64,000 nt of DNA from Octopus sinensis (Eukaryota): the NCBI RefSeq assembly GCF_006345805.1, contig NC_043010.1, positions 33,542,001-33,606,000 of the forward strand. The letters run 5' to 3'. Positions 12,762 to 24,600 of this stretch are shown here, piece by piece. The notes under the pieces were generated by a model. It saw only the letters and a list, made by a program, of their open reading frames with translations, made no database searches and had not been told where the DNA came from. Made by a program: the position numbers and the translations under genes. The first letter of the stretch is position 1. Every line of letters begins with the position of its first letter.

Positions 12762-13576
12762 CCTTTCTACTAAAGGCACAAGGCCTAAAATTTGGGGTGG
12801 AGATAGTTGAATACATCAACCCCAGTACTCAACTGGTACTTATTTTATCAGCTCCAAAAGGATGAAAGGTAAAGTCAACCTCGGTGGAATTTGAAAGGCA
12901 AAATACTGCTAAACATTTGTACCAGCGTACTAACAATTTTGCCAACTCGCTACCTTATTATTATTATTAATAATAATAATAATAATGATAATAATAATGA
13001 CAACAACAACAGCAACACTTTCTACTATAGGCACAAGACCTGAAATTTTGCATGGAGGGGTCTAGTCGATTACATCAACCCCAGTGCTCAACTGGTACTT
13101 ATTTCATTGACCCCGAAAAGATGAAAGGCAAAATCACCCTCAGTAGAATTTGAGCTCAGAATGAAAAAAACAGATGAAATAACTGTTGTGTAGTGATCTT
13201 TAAAAAAGAAAAAAACACATAGAAATTAAATAGCACGGACACATGCGGATCTGAACATACATAAACAAACCCACTTCTACCTACATATACATATACAGGC
13301 ATAAACACACCTGCATATAACACAGACTTATAGAAACACCTACACAGCAGACACTCACCCACACACGCATTAAAATATCCAAGTCCATTAGTCTTGCACA
13401 GCAATGTCCAGTTATAGCAAACGCTACACTCCAGCATTTATTGCTTGTATATCGAAAGACATTACTAACAGAGCTGTTTCCAAATAATTCCATACCATAC
13501 AGTTCTATATTTAAGAGATGAGGAATTATGTACATTATTTACATTTGATGGATATTTGTCCTCATTTTGTTTGTCG

Positions 13577-13619
13577 TTAACATTTCAACTGATATACCCT
13601 CCAGCCTTCATCAGGTGTC
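13577..13619 (-). ncRNA. Degenerate hammerhead ribozyme (5-nt deletion CGTTG removes stem III and the cleavage-site context)
   Basis: Minus strand reads GACAC CTGATGA A GGCTG GAGGGTATAT CAGTT GAAA TGTTAAC, versus GAAA CGTTG TGTTAAC in the intact copy at locus 2. Confidence 0.75.
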
Positions 13620-13665
13620 TAGAGGAAATTCCGAACCTGGGTTCTCATTCCTAAGGTATTTACAA

Positions 13666-13731
<66 letters not shown>

Positions 13732-13797
13732 CGTTGTTGTTGTTGTTGTCGTTGTTGTTGTTGTTGTGGTTGTTGTTGTTGTTGTTGTTGTTGTTGT
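13666..13797 (+). repeat. (TTG)n microsatellite with TCG/TGG interruptions, expanded from the element's linker
   Basis: Read directly from the sequence. Confidence 0.95.
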
Positions 13798-14025
13798 TAT
13801 TCAGGTCACTGCCTAGAATTGAACTCAGAATCTTGGGGTTAGTAGCCTGCGCTCTTAACCACTACACCATATGCCCATGGGCATAAGGCATAGTGGTTAA
13901 GAGTGCGGGCTACTAACTGCAAGATTCCAAGTTCGATTCCAAGCAGTGACCTGAACAACAACAACAACAATAATAACACTGAAAAATATCTTAGGAATGA
14001 GAACCCAGGTTCGAAATTTCCCCTA

Positions 14026-14071
14026 GTCGCCTGATGAAGGCTGGAGGGTATATCAGCCGAAACGTTGCGTT
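14026..14071 (+). ncRNA. Minimal type I hammerhead ribozyme, intact core
   Basis: GTCGC-CTGATGA(14031-14037)-A-GGCTG/CAGCC stem II-GAAA(14059-14062)-C-GTT(cleavage predicted after 14066)-GCGTT. Stem III is the loopless palindrome ACGT. Confidence 0.85.
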
Positions 14072-15240
14072 AACAACAAACAAGATGAGGACAATCTGTC
14101 AAATGTAAATAATTCCATACCATGGTCTTTGTTGTTCGTCTTTTTTTGTTACGTTTTTTTTTTGTTTATTGTTTATTTATATTTGTTTTGTTTAATTATT
14201 CACTTGTGGCAGCCATGCTGGGGTTCTACCTTGAAGGGTTTAGTCAAACAAATCAACCATTGCACTTATTTTTTAAAGCTAGTACTTGTTGCATCAGTGT
14301 CTTTTTCTCTATACCACTAAGTTAGAGGGACATAAGCAAACTAACATCAGTTGTCAAGCGAAAGACACACACACACACACACATATATATAGTTAATACA
14401 AACATGAAAGCACAAAAAAAAACACAACAACGCGAGGACGTGGAACAAATATAGTATTATTGGATGCTCAGGAAAGAAGGAGGGTTTAATGTTTCGAGCG
14501 GAGCTCTTCGTCGGAAACATAGGAGAAGGAAAGATCCAGAGAAGGGTACACACACATGACAGGCTTCTTTCAGTTTCCATCTACCAAATCCATTCAGAAG
14601 GCTTTAGTCAGCCTGGTATTAAGGTAGAAAACACTTGCCCAAAGTGCCATACAGTGGGATCGAACCCAGAGCCACATAGTTAAGAAGCAAACTTCTTTCC
14701 ACATAACCATACCTGTGCCTTTTTTTTCTCAATTTATCCTTGTACTATCTTCAACAACAAAAAAAAAAAAGAAAAAAAAAAAAATCCTGATTATTATATT
14801 ATTACCACAACTGAAATAATTAGTTTCTAATTAAGCAATTTTGACCCCATACTTCACTGGTACTTTATTTTATCAACCTCCGAGGAAGGGAAAGTAAAAG
14901 TTGATCTCAGTGGGATTTGAACTTAGAAAGTAAAAGAGCCAGAGCTGTGCTCTTTCCCCTCACCCACCGTCCAGTTTTGTGTCTTTATGCCAATGTGTGA
15001 GAAATCAATATGCTTTTAGAGCCAACTCTGTAGAATTACAAAATAAATAGGCCAAATCCTATTTAAAGATTAATAATTCTTTGAGCTAACGATAGAGTTA
15101 CTTGTTATGTGGCCGTTTGGTCAACTTGCTAGAAATATCAACCAAAATCTCCTGTGAATCACAACAGTATATATTCTATTACTTAGTGGAGGGATACACA
15201 GATCTTCTCAGTATTAATCTGGGGCTAAACAACTATTTAA

Positions 15241-15444
15241 CCCTTTAACATTCAGATTATTCCATCAAATGTAATCCTTATTCATCCACATTGTTTTGAA
15301 TTAATCATGTATTATCTCATAGTGTTGAGATTACAATGATGTGATGGCTTATTTTTAAAATGACAATGTAGGGTAGGTGTGAGAGGTCAAATCTGGCTAG
15401 ATTGGACATGTGGGCTGAATGTGGGCAGTTTGGATGCTAAAAGG
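15241..15444 (+). mobile_element. MITE family 1 copy with TTAA TSD
   Basis: TTAA|CCCTTTAACATTCAG...GATGCTAAAAGG|TTAA (15237-15240 and 15445-15448). Confidence 0.85.
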
Positions 15445-17571
15445 TTAAAGAAGTGAAATATATTCGATGTATTTGGTTAAATCCCTTATATTATTGATGC
15501 AAATCTAACCCATGATACCAAACTGCCTGAGACTACCTTTGGCTCTATAATAAAAACTATTTGTTTTTAAATGATTAGCATTAAACCTCACATCAATATT
15601 TCATTTTAATTTATATTCCAATTTATATCCTACTACATTTTACTAAATTCTTCATTATTTTCAAAATCAATTGAAATAGAAGCAGAGTATTTTAAAGAAA
15701 GAATGGTAACCAAAGGGTTAAGGCTGGGTAACCTGGGAAAGCTTGCAAAACTCATGGGTGTTGTTGCTTCATGCTCTCAGGCCAAATTTATTTATAAAAT
15801 AAAATGATAAAACAGTGTGTGTGTGTGTGTGTGTGGAGGGAGTGTATTTAGGTTTTAATATGTGTGTATTGGTTTGTTTATGTCCCTGTAACTTAGTACT
15901 TCAGCAGAAGAGACCAATAGAATAAGTACCAGACTTCAAAGAAAGGAAAACATACTGGGGTTGTTTTGTTCATCTAAACTCTTAAAGATACCCCCAGCAT
16001 GGCCACAGTCCAATGACTGAAGCAAATGAAAGATAAAAGAGATCCTGTTATTTTATAGTGGTATGCATTGGATAAGGCTTCTTGAGATATTTATTCTACA
16101 GTTGAGGTCTTTTTTGGTGCCAAGCCCTACTTGTTTTTCAAGTGAAGTACTTTATTCTCCACCTTTGCACCCTGAACTGCTGAGCTGCCTGAACTTTTTA
16201 CAGTTATGTGAAACATAAACAGTATCACCAGCAAGATTTGAACTTAGAACATAAAGGACCGCATCTAAAAATGCTCGATGCTCTACTGATTCTTCTAATC
16301 TAAAGCCAACAATTTTGAGGGGAGGGTATTAGTTGATACCACCAGTACCCCCTATACTTGATTGGTGCTTTATTTTATTGATGCCCAAAAAAGATGACTG
16401 ACAAAGTTGACCATGCTGAGATTTGATCTCTGAATGCAAAGAATTGCTTGATGCTCTGCTGATTCTACCACTTCACAACAACAGCTACAATAGTAATAAC
16501 TCTTTCTACTATACTATGGTTAAAGGCAAAAGTTATAATAATAATAATAATCCTTACTACTATAAGCACAAGGCCTAAAATTTTGAGGGAATGGTCTAGT
16601 CAATTACATCGACCCCAGTTTTCAACTAGTACTTATTTTGTCTACCCTGGAAGGACGAAAGGCAAAGACAGCTGTGGCAGGATTCAAACTCAGAACATAG
16701 AGGCAGATGAAATGCTGCTAAGCATCTTGCCTGATGTGCTAACGATTCTGCCAGCTTGTTACCTTAAAAAATAATAATAACAATAACAACAACAATTGTT
16801 TCTAATTTAGGCATGAGGCCAGCATTTATGAGAAGATGAGTAGTTGACACCATTGGCTGCACTATTAGAGTGGTACTTTATTTTATCAACCCCAAAAGGG
16901 TGAAAGACAAAGTTGACCTCAGTGGAATTTGAACCCAAAACGGAAAGAGCCAGAGCATATACCACAAGGGATTTTGCCCAATGTTCTAATGATTCTGTCA
17001 GTCCTACTGCATTTAATAATTGTTTCTGACATAGATGCAATGCCAGAAATTTAGAGAAGGCATTTAACCAATTATATTTACCCAGTATGTTACTGCTATT
17101 TTATCATACTCCCTGTCCCTCTAGGATAGATAAGAAAAGTTGACCTCAACAGGATTTGAACTTCGAGTGCAGATACTTTCTCTGATGCTGTAATGATTAT
17201 AGCAAAGAAATTTTTTCAATCAGTTTTTCCCCTTTTGGTTACAGGAGACCTAAAAATGGGTGCACTTGTAAAAGACAAGTGCCCTTACCCTTACCCCTGT
17301 TTTCATCAGGTTACCCCCAATTATAAAGCAAATACTGGAGTATCACCACATGTTACTGTAATCTTTTGCAATATCATATTTCTGTGTTTATATATATATA
17401 TATATATATATTTACACACACATGCACACACATAGATATATGTACACGTACATACACACACAGAGATATGCATACATATATGTACACACTTGCATATATA
17501 TATTTACATATGTACATTATGTACACATGTGTGCATGTGTATGTATGTATGTATGTATGTATGTATATATA

Positions 17572-17646
<75 letters not shown>

Positions 17647-17663
17647 TATATATACATATATAC

Positions 17664-17714
<51 letters not shown>

Positions 17715-19097
17715 GGAGTGTTTGTGTGTTTATTGTTTTGTTGGTTGACTACTTGAGCTAACTGGATCAACAGCTGGTGGATTGATGCACAATGTAGGTC
17801 AGCTGTGAATGCTAAAACAAGCAGTCTCACACCACTGCAGCAACAGGCTGAGAAGAAAAAGTGGGTAAGAGCATGATTACAGAGCTTAGGGAATCGAAGA
17901 AACCATGAGTGCAGATATGATGCTCCTGTTTCCCCCACCTCTCCCTTAACATACCACTGAACCCTACTTGTAAACATTCGATTCAGTGAGGGAGTCTTTT
18001 ATGGAGTTTGCTCAACCCATATTTCTTAACTCTTTTGGTACTAACCTGCCCAAGATGCCTCTGGTTCTCTGGTACAAGCTTCCTGTTTTAAAGTCATCTA
18101 AATAATAATTTCCTATTAAAATTTCCTGTTAAATAATGTTCCAAACATCTGCTTAGTAATCTTTGCTACTATAGGCACAAGGCATGAAATTTTGGCAATT
18201 ACAGCGACCCCAGTATGCAACTGATACTCATTTTATCGATCCCCAAAAGGATGAAAGTCAACCTCAACAGAGTTTGAACTCAGAATGTAAAGACAGACAA
18301 GATATCGCTAAGCATTTTGCCTGGTGTGCTAACAATTCTGCCAGCTTATCGCCTTCAAACATCTGCTTTAATAATAACTGAGTTATTATATTTTTTCATT
18401 ATTTTTGAAATCAGGTGAAACAAAGAGGTGTATTTCAAAGAAAAATATTGTAACAAAAGTGTTAAATCACATCAACTTCAAATTATCTTACAAATAATAA
18501 AGAAACTTTTGAAAACCTTTTGATTGATTATAGGCCTGCTTCATCTGGGCTGACCTAGAGTTAAGCTATGATTTGTCAACATGAACACCAACCATATTAA
18601 CTCTGGTTAATATGGTTCCAGCTCCGAAACATATAACATCACCGGTGCACCATTGCAAAACTCAACTACTACAAATGGCTCCAAAGAGCCATTTGTAGTT
18701 GAGTTGTTGAATCCCATATCAGCACTGAACCAGTAGATCTATGATCAAAGGTACTCCTGTCATGCCTATTCCATTTTTCTTTAATTCAAACACAACACAC
18801 ATGCACATGAGAGTTGTACTGAAAGTAATGCAAAGGTGGGCATCACTTTTTTTATTAGCTGACAGTGGTTGTTCAAATGTCCTATTAATTGTTAGCTCTC
18901 TATTTTATCAATGTCAGAAGAATGAAAAGCAAAGCTGAACATGCAGAACCATGACTAACTACCACAATGCATTTTGTCCAACACTGTAACTATTTTGCCA
19001 ATCCGCTACTACCAAATTGCCAGGCGGTTCATTAACTCTGTTCATACTAACTTACTCGAGGACACCTCTTGTTCTATGTACAAAATCCCTGTTTTAA

Positions 19098-19314
19098 CCC
19101 TTTGACATTCAGATTACTTTGTCAAATGTAATACTTATTCATTCACGTTGTTTCGAATTAATCTTTCATTACCTCATAGCTTCAAGATTTTGATAATGTG
19201 ATTGTTTGTTTTTAGAATGATATTGTAGGATAGGTGTGAGGGGTGAAATCTGTCCAGTTTGAACATAAAACAGAACATTTTGGTTTGAATATGGCCAGTT
19301 TAAATGCTGAAGGG
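19098..19314 (+). mobile_element. MITE family 1 nested at a TTAA inside MITE family 2 (host about 19040-19475)
   Basis: TTAA at 19094-19097 and a mutated ATAA at 19315-19318. The host ...CCTGTTTTAA|TGTGATCTAAAT... rejoins. Confidence 0.8.
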
Positions 19315-19760
19315 ATAATGTGATCTAAATTTTAAAATTTCCATCAAAATTTTATGCTATATTTCAAACACCAGCTTAATAATGACCAAGTAATTTTACT
19401 AAATTCTTCAATGTTTGAAAATTAATTGAAACAAAAGTAATGAATTTCAGCAGAAATAGGGTAACAGAAGGGTTAACTTGCAGTGTTTGAATCCAACACT
19501 TTCCTGTAACTTAGGAGAAACCATTCGAACATTCACTCTCAGACTAGAATTCCAAAAATGTCTCAACACATCCATGCCATTGCATCTAGGAATATGGTTC
19601 TGATTAACAGACTTGCTTTTTATTGCTGGTGTGTGTATGTGTGTGTGTGGTAGTCTGTTCCATGTTAGATTCCACATGTACATGGCATCCACTTCTTGAT
19701 GGATACCTTCCTCAACCATCTTGGGAAGCCACAAGATGCACACATACACACACACATGTA

Positions 19761-19796
<36 letters not shown>

Positions 19797-19953
19797 GATG
19801 TTGGAATTCACGTGCATGAACATGTATTATGTGTATAGATACATGCGCAGGTGTGTGAATGTATGTATGTAATGTATGTATATATATATTTTTTTATTTA
19901 CACGCAAACATGTTTATTCACACACTGACACACTGACACACACACACACACAC

Positions 19954-20409
19954 AATCTCAGGTGGTTTTAACAAAAGATTCACTATATAGTACCAAATTC
20001 AACACTAGTATCAAAACAGCATCCAAACAATTGTAGATGGGTTGCAGTTGCAGGCAGTCTCATGGTCCTCACATCATCAGAGAGAGAATCAGTGGAAGGG
20101 GGGCAGGGAGTGTTATTGTATGGTCTGATTACAGGAGAGAGAGAGAGCATGATAGAAGTTGTTGAAAGATACAGATTTGTGAAAGTAGCAGTTTATATGT
20201 TATAGCAAACTGGATATCTCCCACTCCACTCTGCTTCTATGCTCCACACACCCCCATCCTTTCTATTGGTGATTGGTGATCACTTGGTATTGAAAACTTT
20301 TGGCAATCTCACTCATCTACAGAAATCAATATTCATCATTTTTCTAAGAGGCAATAGGCTTTTGACTATCCGTTTGGTAAACGAGGTGGCAGTGGTGGAA
20401 GTGGGGGGG
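19954..20409 (+). repeat. Dispersed direct duplication, copy 2 (complete version)
   Basis: Matches 6693-7092 and retains the 58 bp between ATGGTC at 20062-20067 and 20120-20125. Confidence 0.95.
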
Positions 20410-21420
20410 TGGAGGGGAGGGGGTGGAGAATTTGGGTCGTTACCATGTTTATGTGTCTATGTGTATGCCTGAAAGAGAGAGAGAGAGAAAGAAAGAGTGT
20501 GTTGTTGAAAAGATAGTGGAATACAGAATATACGTACACATATAAACACAAACACGCATACACATGTGTGTACACATAGTCTTTTGCTTGAATGTTCTGT
20601 GTTCATAAGAATGGAAACACAGTTGTAGCTGAATTTAGCCAAATATGTCATGAGACATGAGAAGCATGATAATGTTCACGTGTATCTAAAAGCACTCCTC
20701 CTCCTCCTCTTCATATTATATAGTTCATATAATATCTAAGATAGTATATATTATATAATAATAATTTTTATATATGTGGGTGTATATGTATATATCTGTT
20801 TGTGGGGGTACGTATGTACATGCACACACGTATATACTTATATGTAGCTAGTTGGATTGGATTCAACAAGGTTCAAAGGAACCCTTCTGGGCCATGTATG
20901 TGTATATAGTATACATATACATGCACATACAAAATGAAAATTAGGTAGCAAATGACAGATCCATTTTAATAATCAAGAACCCCCTTCAGTCTAAACCTAG
21001 GCTACACCCATGTATGTATGCATGTGTATGTGCCTTTCTGTGTGTGTGTGTGTGTTTATATGTGTGCATTTGTACAAGCTTCAGTCAACTGGGCTACAAC
21101 CTTCCTGAGGCACCGTTTCAAAGGGTTTTAGTCAGTCATATCAACTCTGGTACTTATTTCAGTTTGGTAGTTTTTCTGTTGGTTTATATATTATTGATTA
21201 TATAACTTACCCCTTCATAGAACACCAGTTTTATAAGTGGCACATGTATATGTATGTACACATGCACACACATGCTTGTAGTGTGTAAAAGAGCCCTCAC
21301 TTCTTAAGAGCTCATCTTTAATACTCCCGCCATATAAATGAGATTGTACTAGTGAGAACACCAAACTATGGTTTCCTAATTCTATATCCTTACACCTAAT
21401 CAGGTGTATGATGCGCTTAA

Positions 21421-21639
21421 CTCTTTAGCATTTAAGCTATCCATATCCAGTCCTGAATATTCTACCCGTTTTATGCTCAAACTGGCTTGATCTGGCCTCT
21501 CACATCTATCATAAAATGTCATTCTAAAAATTAGCAATCACATCATTGAAATCTCAAAGCTACAAGACAATGCATGATTAATTAAAAACAGCCTGAATAA
21601 ATAAATATTACATTTGACAGTGATCTGAATGCTAAAGGG
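21421..21639 (-). mobile_element. MITE family 1 copy, reverse orientation, TTAA TSD
   Basis: TTAA at 21417-21420 and 21640-21643, with CTCTTTAGCATTT...GAATGCTAAAGGG termini. Confidence 0.85.
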
Positions 21640-24600
21640 TTAATTCCTATGAGACCCCTCTTTGCAGCATAATACAATCTGTACTGTAAAACTGGTGAGC
21701 TAGATCTGATTCAAATATTCCCATCATCCATTGTGTATGCAACCAAGAAATCAAACACAGCTCTAATATCTGGACATTCAAATCTGTGTTGGAGGACAAT
21801 TAAGGTACCATGTAGTTATGTGGATGTTACCACCTTGGCTATCCTGTATAAAGGAAGAGGCATCATTAGCATTAGAGAGCTTTGGTGCAATATTTTGGTG
21901 GTGTTTTATGCATTACATATGGTTGATGTGATGTGGTTTCTTTTTCATGCTTTACAAATTGGATATTATCATGAGGCATAATGTTAATATCCAATAGAAT
22001 TGTTAGCATGCCAGGCAAAATGCTTAGCGGCATTTCATTCGTCCTTTACGTTTTGAGTTAAAATTCTGCCAAGGTCGACCTTGCTTTTTATCCTTTCAGA
22101 GTCAATAAAATAAATACCAGTTGAGCACTGGGGTTGATGTAATTGACTTACCTACTACCCCAAAATTGTTGGTATTGTGCCAAAATTCAAAAGCAATTTT
22201 GCATAATATCATAACCTCTGGTGTTCCTTCTTTTCTAACACCTTACTCCAAAATATCATCCACTGACATGTGTCTGATCCCACAGGCTACAAAAATAATT
22301 TATTCTTTTACCTCTTATCTTCCTTTTTAATTCTAATGCTCTGGGAATTATCTCCTCTTTCATAATCATCCCACCATTTCTTTTTATTATTAAAACTGAA
22401 TTTTTATCTTGTGACTCACATTTCACATGAAACTTTAGTCATAAGATAAAAATTCAGTGTCAATAAACTATATATTCTACAACATATATTGAGCCCTCTT
22501 CTCTCATTCATTTGACATAATTCAACACTTGTGTGTGTGTACACACACACATTGATTCATTAATTTTTGTGCTGAGGAAATTAGATTTGCAATCATGTGA
22601 TTCCAGCTTGATGATTCCTTTGCCTTGGGTAAGTATTTGATACCATTGTCTTTAGCTGACCCAAATCTCAAGTGAGAATAACAGAAAAAGCTCCTGTATG
22701 AAGGTGTGTGTGTGTGTTTATATTCACAAATCAGCACTGATCAGTCAGATCCACAATCAAAGGTATTCCAGCCATGCCCATCATACCATTATTATTGAAT
22801 AATGTGTCAATTTTTAGGACAGTGGGATGAGATGTTAAAAATATTTGAGCTGCTTTTTCTTGCAGTTCACGCAACAGTGTAGTGGCTGTTGGTTTTGACA
22901 ACTAAAGCTGAAATCTACTTGCAGCTGTTCAAAAGGTAAAAATATACTCACTGGTAGAACAGCTGCATTGTCATATGTGACCCAAGTGTCATCCTTTGTC
23001 AGTATATCATGTATATGCATGTGTAGTTTATATAGTTTCTGAATGACAATCTAGTGGTGTCACTGATCTTTCAATATTACAAGGCGGCAAGCTGGCAGAA
23101 TTGTTGTCATGCTGGACAAAATGTTTAGCGGCATTTCATCCATTTTTACATTCTGAGTTCAAACTCTGTCAAAGTCAACTTTGCCTTTCATCTTTTTTGG
23201 GGTCTATGAAATAAGTATCAGTTGAACACTGGGGTTGGTGTAATTGACTTAGCCCCATAATACCCCACCCCTCCCCTCCAAAATTGTTGGCCTTGTGCCA
23301 AAATATGAAACCATTATATTTTTTCTATTATAAGCACAAGGCTTGATATGTGATGGTGGCAGTGGCAGCGGGGTGGGGTGGGAAGTTGATTATATCAATC
23401 CCAGTGCTTAACTGGTACTTATTTTATCAACCCCCGAAGCGATGAAAAGCTAAGTCAAACCACGGTGAAATTTGAACTCAGAATGTAAAGACAGAATGAA
23501 ATGCCACTGAGCACTTTGCCCAGCACAGTAACAATTCTGCCAGTTCATCGCCTTATTTGAAACCAATATTACAATTATTATGAGGTGAGGATTGTTGCTG
23601 GTGTTATTTACCCTGATGGCTTGTCCTGATCAGGCTGACCTATGCTCATATGTATTGCAACCACAACCATCCTACTTATTTTTGAGGTATTGCATACTTC
23701 AGAGTATATTGTCCTTCTCTTTAAGATCACAAGGGCATGGTTTGTGGTAGATTTGACTGCCATTTGTATCAGATCAAGTGATAATGTTAAGGCTCTGTCA
23801 TTGGTTTGGTGGATATTAGATTCAAGTACTCAGCAGCTGATCCACAATATTGCATTGAACTGCCACAGAGTACAAGAGACAAAAATCATTTTTGCTTACA
23901 GGATGGGGTTGAGAAGTCAATAATAGATGTAATATCAGTCAGAAACCAGTTGGTAGATTGATAGTGGTGCATGGGACAAAACACTATGTGATTACATAGT
24001 AATGTCATTTTACATTCTGAGTTCAAATCCTGCCTAAGTTTCCTTTAACTGCCATTATTTCTGAAATCAGTAGAATAAGTACTAGGGTCAATATAATTGA
24101 TGGTCAACGGAATTGACAATATTGTCATTGTCCAATGACTGAAATAAGTGTGAGAGAGAAAAAATTTAGTTCTGATCAGATCAGTTATACCCACCATCTT
24201 GTACCTAGGTTTCTCAGAGAATTGAAATTGGTCAAGAGAAACTGCAGGGAAGCCTGTAAGATAAATTGTACCTATAATTCAAAGATCTGGTTTTGTTACA
24301 TATTGTGTTATGTTGATTTGGCCTGAGAATTATGTTAATTATGTCAGACACACATATGTCTGGAATACTCAGCAATTTATTTAATAATCTAATAACTTGA
24401 TAGTTTAGTTGATTGAACAACTGAATGCTAATTGCTGAAACAGACAAGAGATTCTTTATTAACATTGTCTTTATGTTCAGATGCTGCATGGATCGGTTTT
24501 TGCCTTCCAATCTTAAGCAAATTAAGGATCAGTAATATGTTTCAGTTACACCAAATGACTCTGTGTTGTCTTTGCAAATTTTGGCTTTTTGTTTGCTGTC

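Larger units (their letters stand above)
13499..14106 (+). mobile_element. Fold-back tRNA-headed, hammerhead-containing non-autonomous retroelement (family A, locus 1)
   Basis: Two inverted arms meet at the palindrome TATGCCCATGGGCATA (13870-13885). Each arm is a tRNA-like head (plus arm A box 13886-13896, B box GTTCGATTCC 13931-13940), an (AAC)n linker, an HHR and a tail. Flanked by the 17-bp direct repeat AAATAATTCCATACCAT (13482-13498 and 14107-14123). Confidence 0.9.

Noticed and set aside
13567-13886. Poly-Cys and poly-Leu ORFs
   Set aside because: They are translations of the (TTG)n tract inside the fold-back element.
13878-13950. tRNA gene (Ser-like anticodon loop)
   Set aside because: A and B boxes are present but the acceptor and T stems do not pair. 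It is a SINE head, repeated at 34126-34055.
17504-17977. Longest ORF in the track (157 aa, minus strand)
   Set aside because: The C-terminal half is CA/TA microsatellite. The opposite strand reads WWIDAQCRSAVNAK, weakly LINE-like, so it is more likely antisense to a relic.
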